Shown in pieces: positions 8,113-15,534 of a stretch of 42,469 nucleotides of DNA; the first letter of the stretch is position 1; the number at the start of each line of letters is the position of its first letter. The translations under genes and the position numbers were made by a program. Origin of the DNA: a virus (Duplodnaviria; Heunggongvirae; Uroviricota; Caudoviricetes); the IMG/VR virus record IMGVR_UViG_2541047705_000011. The stretch is one strand, 5' to 3'. The notes under the pieces are model-generated. The model was not told the DNA's origin, ran no database searches, and saw only the letters and a list, made by a program, of their open reading frames with translations.

Positions 8113-8805
8113 ATGAATACCAAACCTTCCATCTTTTCCTTTGAGTCATCCTGCCAGATCCGTATGTTCATGATTGACGGAGAACCTTGGTTTGTCACCA
8201 AAGATGTGTGCAATGCTTTGAATATTGATGTTACACAAGCGAGAAAACTTGATAAAAAAGGCTGGAACAAAAAGGGGCTGTATTCAATACAGACCCCTGG
8301 TGGAATACAAGAACTATCCATCGTTTCAGAATCAGGTCTCTACATCCTTATTCTGCGTTGCAAAGAGGCAATGACTGAGGGAACGAGAGCATTCAGATTT
8401 CTTGAATGGGTTACAGGTGAGGTTCTTCCTCAGATCCGCCGCACCGGAAGTTACATTAAAAACTCGCTCCCGCAGGAAGAACGCATAAAGATGGTTGCCG
8501 ACCAGGTAGCCAACGCCACGGCGTCAGCAGTAATGCAGGCGATGAAGATAGAGAACAAAACCTACAGTGCCCCACTGAAGCCCGGCTACCGTAGCCTGAT
8601 TCATTCGCCGTCTGGTGTTCTCGGCCTGACGGAGAACTCACTGCTGATGAATCTGCTGAACCAGTTACAGGACGACGGGCACGACGTATCGGGCGCGGCG
8701 GCGGAGCTGACCACCATGTTCTGCTACATCGTCGGTGTGAGCAAATGCCTGCGTGATATCCAGACCCACGCGGAGTACATCAACGACAAGGCAGGGTTCT
8801 TCTGA
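8113..8805 (+). CDS. BRO-N domain antirepressor
   Basis: BRO-N motif FSFESSCQIRMFMIDGEPWFVTKDVCNAL; RBS AAGGTGA; start trimmed to ATG 8113; C-terminal domain homologous to the 6709-6966 protein. Confidence 0.75.
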   Translation: MNTKPSIFSFESSCQIRMFMIDGEPWFVTKDVCNALNIDVTQARKLDKKGWNKKGLYSIQTPGGIQELSIVSESGLYILILRCKEAMTEGTRAFRFLEWVTGEVLPQIRRTGSYIKNSLPQEERIKMVADQVANATASAVMQAMKIENKTYSAPLKPGYRSLIHSPSGVLGLTENSLLMNLLNQLQDDGHDVSGAAAELTTMFCYIVGVSKCLRDIQTHAEYINDKAGFF

Positions 8806-8875
8806 CGGCGGCGGCACAGGGACGTGCCTTTAAATAATTCTGTACAGATTGCAGACTGGGGGTGAATAGCGTACT

Positions 8876-8892
8876 ATTACCTCAAGGGTAAG
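8876..8892. promoter_or_regulatory. Operator-like palindrome ATTACC-TCAAG-GGTAAG
   Basis: 11/12 arm match; 59 nt upstream of the 8951 start. Confidence 0.5.
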
Positions 8893-8950
8893 AAAGCATT
8901 TTTAATCTTCCCTTCAAAACGCGTCCTGTAGCCAAACATGGGAGGACGAA

Positions 8951-9583
8951 ATGAGAACAAATACAACAAGAAAAGCGATGCCATACATTATCCCAGAAGC
9001 AGATTTCGATAGAAAACTGAACATGTCTGAGAAGAACACTAGTCACACCGAAAGCTACTTAGCGAAAGGTGTGGTTGATTTCGTTCTTCCGGGATTCACA
9101 ACACCTTATGGTTATCGCCTTGTAAAATCTTGTAATGGCGATCATTACAGAATGATTACTACCAGCGATACTCCAGAAACGGTGTATGCGGTTAAGTTAA
9201 TCTTTCGGGAAGATATCGTCGAAGCCAAAAGAACATGTACGCAGATCATGGTATGGCGTACGCCTAATGTTATTCATGACCGTGCTGTTCATGGTTTGCC
9301 TCAGATTTTTTTTCAGTTCTTCCTAGAGCAATATGCGATCGTTGTATCTGATGAGCAACAAACAATCGATGGGAGAAGATTCTGGGAAAGAATGATTTCT
9401 TGGGCTATAAACACCCCGGGATATAATGTATACGTTTCAGATGGCTCTGAAGAAGATAGACCTCTTAGCTTCATGACATCATGGGATGATTTCTATAGCC
9501 AGTGGGCTGATTTCTGTTGGGGCAGTGATAAAGATGTGCATACCCACAGACTACTGGTTATAAGCAAAGATAAACTGCATTAA
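8951..9583 (+). CDS. Hypothetical protein (210 aa), accessory/moron gene, no recognisable family
   Basis: ORF track; RBS GGGAGG; AT-rich; flanked by operator-like site upstream and terminator downstream. Confidence 0.6.
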   Translation: MRTNTTRKAMPYIIPEADFDRKLNMSEKNTSHTESYLAKGVVDFVLPGFTTPYGYRLVKSCNGDHYRMITTSDTPETVYAVKLIFREDIVEAKRTCTQIMVWRTPNVIHDRAVHGLPQIFFQFFLEQYAIVVSDEQQTIDGRRFWERMISWAINTPGYNVYVSDGSEEDRPLSFMTSWDDFYSQWADFCWGSDKDVHTHRLLVISKDKLH

Positions 9584-9588
9584 TAGAA

Positions 9589-9609
9589 GCCCGCAGCGCG
9601 GGCTTTTTT
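9589..9609 (+). terminator. Rho-independent terminator
   Basis: GCCCGC-AGC-GCGGGC followed by T6. Confidence 0.75.
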
Positions 9610-9681
9610 GTGGACGAAACAAAAGTCAGTGCTACACTCATTGACGCCACATTGAGGTGGCTTATAGATGGAAATTTCACA

Positions 9682-9843
9682 ATGAAAAAAGCATTTGCTG
9701 CACTGTTCGTTTTGTTGTCTCTGGTAGCTTCAACTCAGGCCTTTGCCGGTCGTTGTCAGCACGACAGCGATACTGCCGCTGACGGCTCCCGCTGCGGTGG
9801 GCGTTCTGCGGATTCCCGCCCGGGTGGCGGTGGCATTCGTTAA
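9682..9843 (+). CDS. Small secreted Gly/Arg-rich peptide (53 aa)
   Basis: Start at MKKAFAALFVLLSLVASTQAFA (signal peptide); putative promoter TTGACG-N16-TATAGA upstream; ORF-track N-terminal extension discarded. Confidence 0.45.
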   Translation: MKKAFAALFVLLSLVASTQAFAGRCQHDSDTAADGSRCGGRSADSRPGGGGIR

Positions 9844-9849
9844 AAACAA

Positions 9850-9865
9850 GGCCGCGAAAGCGGCC
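9850..9865 (-). terminator. Hairpin GGCCGC-GAAA-GCGGCC, terminator for lipoprotein gene (minus), weaker for plus
   Basis: GNRA-type loop; on minus strand followed by TTGTTTTTA. Confidence 0.55.
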
Positions 9866-9866
9866 T

Positions 9867-9878
9867 GTGACATGTCAC
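9867..9878. repeat. Perfect 12-bp palindrome GTGACATGTCAC (copy 1 of 3)
   Basis: Overlaps lipoprotein stop codon; identical copies at 28357-28368 and 30808-30819. Confidence 0.8.
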
Positions 9879-10255
9879 GCAACGCAATTATTACCGCGCC
9901 ATGTAACATTTTTAATAATCTTATCAGCACCAAACTCAACGTAAACAGAGCAACTGAAATGGAGTGTATAACCGCCATCAGTTGTTGCGTATGTGTTTGA
10001 ATATATAGTATTACCAATTAGATTAGACGTAGTATTATACGTTGTGGTTTGTGGTACGTTATAACTACCAGAGCTTGAGTAAACATACACTCTGTTTCCA
10101 TCTGGAGATGTAAGCTCTCCCTGAGGATACCCCCACTGCTGAACCATTGCGTCTATACTCTGCCCGCGCCACGTAAGCATATTTCTTTCAAACTGTGCAA
10201 CTGACTGGCATCCAACGAGAAGCATAAATCCAAAAATCAAAAATACTTTTCTCAT
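9875..10255 (-). CDS. Lipoprotein (126 aa), candidate superinfection-exclusion/moron protein
   Basis: Start MRKVFLIFGFMLLVGC (lipobox); RBS AGGGG; Thr/Ser/Tyr/Asn-rich mature part; IS1 lies 66 bp upstream of its start. Confidence 0.6.
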   Translation of the reverse strand: MRKVFLIFGFMLLVGCQSVAQFERNMLTWRGQSIDAMVQQWGYPQGELTSPDGNRVYVYSSSGSYNVPQTTTYNTTSNLIGNTIYSNTYATTDGGYTLHFSCSVYVEFGADKIIKNVTWRGNNCVA

Positions 10256-10375
10256 AATTACCCCTATCATGGAAAAACAGCACCAATCCACAAATTAACT
10301 AGTTATTTTATTATTCTTCCGGTGATGCTGCCAACTTACTGATTTAGTGTATGATGGTGTTTTTGAGGTGCTCCA

Positions 10376-10651
10376 GTGGCTTCTGTTTCTATCAGCTGTC
10401 CCTCCTGTTCAGCTACTGACGGGGTGGTGCGTAACGGCAAAAGCACCGCCGGACATCAGCGCTATCTCTGCTCTCACTGCCGTAAAACATGGCAACTGCA
10501 GTTCACTTACACCGCTTCTCAACCCGGTACGCACCAGAAAATCATTGATATGGCCATGAATGGCGTTGGATGCCGGGCAACCGCCCGCATTATGGGCGTT
10601 GGCCTCAACACGATTTTACGTCACTTAAAAAACTCAGGCCGCAGTCGGTAA
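10376..10651 (+). CDS. insA: IS1 InsA
   Basis: Sequence recognised as IS1 InsA ([32 protein letters not shown]...). Confidence 0.95.
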
Positions 10652-11073
10652 CCTCGCGCATACAGCCGGGCAGTGACGTCATCGTCTGCGCGGAAATGGA
10701 CGAACAGTGGGGCTATGTCGGGGCTAAATCGCGCCAGCGCTGGCTGTTTTACGCGTATGACAGTCTCCGGAAGACGGTTGTTGCGCACGTATTCGGTGAA
10801 CGCACTATGGCGACGCTGGGGCGTCTTATGAGCCTGCTGTCACCCTTTGACGTGGTGATATGGATGACGGATGGCTGGCCGCTGTATGAATCCCGCCTGA
10901 AGGGAAAGCTGCACGTAATCAGCAAGCGATATACGCAGCGAATTGAGCGGCATAACCTGAATCTGAGGCAGCACCTGGCACGGCTGGGACGGAAGTCGCT
11001 GTCGTTCTCAAAATCGGTGGAGCTGCATGACAAAGTCATCGGGCATTATCTGAACATAAAACACTATCAATAA
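10570..11073 (+). CDS. insB: IS1 InsB reading frame (expressed as InsAB' fusion by -1 frameshift)
   Basis: Sequence recognised as IS1 InsB; slippery TTAAAAAACTC upstream in the InsA frame. Confidence 0.9.
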
Positions 11074-11117
11074 GTTGGAGTCATTACCTATTCTTCCGAA
11101 CAATACAATTCCGAATA

Positions 11118-11240
11118 CTACAAAGCCGAACCATGCCGCTGCACGCAACAGAGATTCCAATTGAAACCCATTTTTATCAAAATGTATGAATAGCATAAAA
11201 ACGCTGCACATATTAGTACAATAAAAGTTATTTGAACCAT
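11118..11240 (-). CDS. Small hydrophobic peptide (40 aa) with strong RBS, candidate membrane peptide
   Basis: AAGGAG 5 nt before ATG, directly after stop of upstream virion gene; MVQITFIVLICAAFLCYSYILIKMGFNWNLCCVQRHGSAL; below the ORF-track size cutoff. Confidence 0.4.
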   Translation of the reverse strand: MVQITFIVLICAAFLCYSYILIKMGFNWNLCCVQRHGSAL

Positions 11241-11251
11241 CATATCTCCTT

Positions 11252-13726
11252 TTATTGCGGAGTGACATCCTGTGGTCGCCACCAGTATGTCTGGTTAAAC
11301 TCTTTCTTCGAACGTTGCTCCATTTTACGCAAATAGCCTGGTGAAAAATACTCCTGCATCTGGTTAAAGATCATGTGATCGAGAGCCGCCTTCAAGTACC
11401 AGAGATTCGCACCAGGCATCAAACCTTTCCCCAGCTTCACCAGATCACCACCAGTCTGCTCACTCTTCCCTTCCACAGCATTTAACGGTATGCCCTGAGC
11501 AATCTTCACTACGTCATCAACCAGACCAGCTACCGGGCCAAGCATCGACGCCAGCGCGCCGCTTCCGTACCTAGTGTGATCTGACAATAAAAAGTCACCG
11601 TAAAGGCCAAGACCACCACCTTTCAGTAGAGCACCAAGCCAGAATTTTGCGGCATCTTCTCCTGTCATCTCTCGAGAATTACGACCAGACGCAAGGTCGT
11701 TAAGTTGCTGCGACAAAGCGCCAAGAATGGTCGTACTGGCAATAAACGTCGCAATATATGCCGCACGCCCACCAGCAGACGGCATACCCATAGCGCGTGA
11801 CCAGTGACGCATAACAACCGAGATAGGGAACGATTTAAACAGGAAAACACTTCTCGTTAATTCACCTTTCCATGTTCCACGCTGAATACCAGAACCGGTT
11901 ATCAGTTGCTCACGTGCTCCCGGTGTAATAACAGCCATATCAACTTCTTCAGTTACGGCACCGAGCAGTTTACGCATTGCCTCAAATTTCACGCGTTCAG
12001 GCTCACCAAGATGTTTAACTGCTGAATCAGGGATACGCATAATGCTTTCCGGTGTCAGCATCGTATTATTACCGTTCCCCCAGTCCTCCTGTTTCGCCAG
12101 CTTCCATACGCTCCAGTCTGTGTCAGTAATCCCTTTGCTTTTCAGGATACGAAAATCAGAGTCATCGAGGCTACGAAGGTCTGGTGTCCGTGACACTACT
12201 TCTCCCAGGCTTCCCATCATGGTTACGCCATAGGCGCGCTTGTGCGCATCTGACCATGCTGTAAGCCCACTGGCACGCATTACCGCCGTTGCCGCCCAAC
12301 GAGACACTGACGGCCCCATATTATCCATCGCCCAGCGGTTAACGCTGCCAAGTAGAGATTCCATCGCCAGACCAGCGCGGCGCGCCCGCGCAAGTTCTGT
12401 ACGGTTCGTTGGGTCCATAGCTTCAAGCTGGTTGCGGAATAACTGGTTCATTGGAAGGTTGGTAACCTTCGCAGACAGATACATGGTTCCAAGATCAGAG
12501 AACGATGACAGCAACGCGGATCCGAGTCTGCTGGCAACCAGCCAGTTGCGGATATTGTCAGACCATCGCGCGATGTGCGGATTCGCTACAGGCTGTGTCT
12601 TTCCGGAAATAAAGTTGTACAGATTCTCTGTGTTGTTCGCCAGCCGCTCGACTTTACCGGTTTTACTCGGGTTAGCTGTTGCCGTTTCTGCCTTCACCTG
12701 ATCAAGAAGAGAGCGGAAAACATGATCGGGGTTTGGGCCATATGTTTCCACCAGTGCAATATCTTTACTGATACCTTCCAGGTGACCGACCATGATTTCC
12801 CATAGAGAGCGATCGCCATAAAGTTGCTGATATTGCAGATAGGAATCTGCATCTTTGAAATGTATCTGTCGTGATGCATTACCACGGTTAGCACGTGCGC
12901 CGGAAATTCGCATTCCGGTATCAGTAAGCTTATTCAGCCCACCAGTAGCGATCGTGTTATAAGCCTCTCCAAGAAATGAAGACAACTCGGCATCGTTCAT
13001 CAGTTGTCCATCGGCTCGGATATAATATTTGCGATCCAGCTTACCTATAACATCGCTAACCCACTTATCCTTTGATACTGCCCCAACCTTTTCCATAGAA
13101 TGATGTTGAGGGATCCCCCAGTTTTCGAGATAGCCAATGTCCCCACCAGCATCATTAAACCGGCGGCGCAGCAGCTCTGTAACTTCTCTCCACGCCTTAG
13201 CACCGTTTCTTGCTTTAGCATTGCCAGTATTTTGCCCCCGCATTTCATATACCAGGTCACGTACGCCCGCTTCATCTTCAAACAGACCAAAAAAGCGAGG
13301 ATCAACTGCTTCGAATGCCTCCTGCAATTGACTCAATGCATAATCACGAGTGGCTTTTGTTCTGGACTCAACAGAGAGGAAATTCGATTTACCGTCTGCA
13401 TTAAAAGCAATAGTACGGTTAAGAGCGCCAAGTTTCCCATCAGCCCCTTGATAGCTATTGATAAATTTATCCAATCTCTGACGCGCGGCTATAGTGAGAG
13501 CCACACGACGTTTCTTTAATGCCGCTTCTCGCTGTAATTCTTCAGATGCCAATTGTGCTGCTCGATATAGCCGCTCTGATTCGGAAAGTTGTCGCCACGA
13601 CATAGGGTCATCACGAGCAATGGAGCGCATATTTCGATAAATGCGGTCTTCAATGTTCTGTATTTCTCGCGCCGTTAACATGCGCTGCGCCGCCTGCTGA
13701 ACCGCTTGTATACATTCCTGTCTCAT
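11252..13726 (-). CDS. Large internal virion/ejection protein (824 aa)
   Basis: ORF track; last large gene of virion operon, in the position of podovirus injection proteins. Confidence 0.6.
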   Translation of the reverse strand: MRQECIQAVQQAAQRMLTAREIQNIEDRIYRNMRSIARDDPMSWRQLSESERLYRAAQLASEELQREAALKKRRVALTIAARQRLDKFINSYQGADGKLGALNRTIAFNADGKSNFLSVESRTKATRDYALSQLQEAFEAVDPRFFGLFEDEAGVRDLVYEMRGQNTGNAKARNGAKAWREVTELLRRRFNDAGGDIGYLENWGIPQHHSMEKVGAVSKDKWVSDVIGKLDRKYYIRADGQLMNDAELSSFLGEAYNTIATGGLNKLTDTGMRISGARANRGNASRQIHFKDADSYLQYQQLYGDRSLWEIMVGHLEGISKDIALVETYGPNPDHVFRSLLDQVKAETATANPSKTGKVERLANNTENLYNFISGKTQPVANPHIARWSDNIRNWLVASRLGSALLSSFSDLGTMYLSAKVTNLPMNQLFRNQLEAMDPTNRTELARARRAGLAMESLLGSVNRWAMDNMGPSVSRWAATAVMRASGLTAWSDAHKRAYGVTMMGSLGEVVSRTPDLRSLDDSDFRILKSKGITDTDWSVWKLAKQEDWGNGNNTMLTPESIMRIPDSAVKHLGEPERVKFEAMRKLLGAVTEEVDMAVITPGAREQLITGSGIQRGTWKGELTRSVFLFKSFPISVVMRHWSRAMGMPSAGGRAAYIATFIASTTILGALSQQLNDLASGRNSREMTGEDAAKFWLGALLKGGGLGLYGDFLLSDHTRYGSGALASMLGPVAGLVDDVVKIAQGIPLNAVEGKSEQTGGDLVKLGKGLMPGANLWYLKAALDHMIFNQMQEYFSPGYLRKMEQRSKKEFNQTYWWRPQDVTPQ

Positions 13727-13731
13727 TTAAT

Positions 13732-15534
13732 TTAACCTCTCAAGAAACACGCCACAGCGACATCAAACAGGCTGGAATCCTGTATTGCCTGCTCACTTTC
13801 CCTGTTCGCTTCATCCAGTGCTTCACGCGCACTGCGCGATTGTGGATTACCATCATCATCCAGCACGGTGATTATCATGTCAGGTGATTCAAGCAGCGAG
13901 TCTTCAGCTATGCGCAGATCAATATCTCCTGCCTTATCTGACATCATTTTTTGTTCTGCCTGTTGCAATATTTTATCAGGCTCAAAAGGAGCTACTTCGT
14001 CTGGCGTCCTGACCTCTGCTGTTTTATAGAATGAAACAGCCTGAGCATTAAGTTCACTTTCTGCCTGCTGTCTCCGAGCCAGTTCTGCTCGAGCTTCAAA
14101 AAGCTGACCGCCAGGCTCGTGCGGTGCCAACGCGTTACGGGAAAATTCCAGGCGTTCTTGTGCCTGCCGGATTCGTTGATCAATATCGCGAAGTCTGGCC
14201 TGTTTATCTGATCGAGCACGAGACAAAGCTTTACCGCTACCGGTTGGCTCTTCTGCAAGAATTTGTGCACGCTGTTCAGTGAGATTTTCAATAATTCGTT
14301 GGCTATTAGCGATTTCAGACTGGTAAACCTGTCTATCTCCACGCGGCAAAAGCTGCGCGGCCTGTTCTTCAAGCAACCGATTTTCTATAGCACGCGCCGT
14401 TACTCCATCATCTACAGATGACAGAGCCTCATTAACTGCCTGAGACAGCAGACTCTTGCGCCCAGGAATTTCACTGAAAGATGCAGACTCAACAATGCTG
14501 GCAACGTCTACAGGTCTCCCCTGGCTAACATCAGACATAGCTTTTCGCAGAGCCTGAATGTGAGAATTGCGCGAAAGCACGTTGATCGGCACGCCGGGCG
14601 CAATATCAATTTCAGCATGATGAGCGGCATTCGCCGCCAGTGCAGCATCGATATCAACTGGTGAAAAATTTGGTGCGTTTGTAGACTCGCCGCGAGAGTT
14701 AATAAATCTGCCGACACCACCAAACGCCACCCCAAGAACAGCATCAATAGCAATTGCCTGTCGATCCAACACATCATACTGGTTAGCCATTTCGCTATAG
14801 CCACCATCACGAAGTGTTTTTGCAGTAAGCCCACGCTGTGCCATACCGAACGCAATATTTGTACCTGCGGCATAGGCAATATCTGGCGTTGCACGTACTG
14901 CTGTTGCTGCGGCGCGTCGCACTGAACTCTCACCCGTCCGCGCAAGCTGAGCCGCCACACCTTCCGCCAGCGCACCACCAGCACGTAACCCGAGGCTCAT
15001 AGGGATCAGTGTTCCGGCACCAGCAGTAATGCCCTGCACTAATCCCGCTTCCTGCGCCGTCCTGAAATCAACACCCTGTGCTGTCAGCCGTTCAAACTCA
15101 GAAAAACCCTGTAGCGAAGTTACCGCCGCCGCACCTCCGACAGGACCACCGAGCGTTGTACCGACAACAGCCTGCCCGCCCATATCGAACAACCCATAAA
15201 GAACCTGCCCGGCGGTTCCGGTTGTCGCGGCATCAGGCGTCAGCCGCTTAACCTGCTGCTCTGCTAGTTTTCTCTGCTCGGCAATGTATGAAACTGAAGT
15301 ATCATTGAGCGAGGTGTTTTCGTTAATAAACTGAGCAATCGGGGATACGATTTTATCCATCCCTGCCCATAGCAACTGATCTGGCTTTGCCACCAGCCCG
15401 GAGTACAAACCAGACAATGCCGCTCCTACAGCATTGTCGAAAAAACCAACATCGCTGTTAAAGCCCGCTGGATTTGATGCTGCTTCGTCAAGTTGCTGAT
15501 TCTGGTTTACTGGATTAAGGCCAAAGTAACTCAT
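13732..15534 (-). CDS. Internal virion protein (600 aa)
   Basis: ORF track; Gly/Ala-rich N-terminal half and coiled-coil C-terminal half; ATGA overlap with upstream gene. Confidence 0.6.
   Translation of the reverse strand: MSYFGLNPVNQNQQLDEAASNPAGFNSDVGFFDNAVGAALSGLYSGLVAKPDQLLWAGMDKIVSPIAQFINENTSLNDTSVSYIAEQRKLAEQQVKRLTPDAATTGTAGQVLYGLFDMGGQAVVGTTLGGPVGGAAAVTSLQGFSEFERLTAQGVDFRTAQEAGLVQGITAGAGTLIPMSLGLRAGGALAEGVAAQLARTGESSVRRAAATAVRATPDIAYAAGTNIAFGMAQRGLTAKTLRDGGYSEMANQYDVLDRQAIAIDAVLGVAFGGVGRFINSRGESTNAPNFSPVDIDAALAANAAHHAEIDIAPGVPINVLSRNSHIQALRKAMSDVSQGRPVDVASIVESASFSEIPGRKSLLSQAVNEALSSVDDGVTARAIENRLLEEQAAQLLPRGDRQVYQSEIANSQRIIENLTEQRAQILAEEPTGSGKALSRARSDKQARLRDIDQRIRQAQERLEFSRNALAPHEPGGQLFEARAELARRQQAESELNAQAVSFYKTAEVRTPDEVAPFEPDKILQQAEQKMMSDKAGDIDLRIAEDSLLESPDMIITVLDDDGNPQSRSAREALDEANRESEQAIQDSSLFDVAVACFLRG

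Larger units (their letters stand above)
10321..11088 (+). mobile_element. IS1 insertion sequence (768 bp), intact, with 9-bp target-site duplication
   Basis: IRL GGTGATGCTGCCAACTTACTGAT and IRR ...ATCAATAAGTTGGAGTCATTACC; TSD TATTCTTCC at 10312-10320 and 11089-11097; InsA/InsB ORFs with A6C frameshift site near 10627-10633. Confidence 0.95.

Noticed and set aside
11008-11268. 86-aa ORF in the ORF track spanning the IS1 right end
   Set aside because: Its C-terminal third is translated from IS1 sequence, so it is an insertion artefact. The pre-insertion frame would end two codons after the target duplication, and it has no RBS, whereas the overlapping 40-aa frame at 11118-11240 does.
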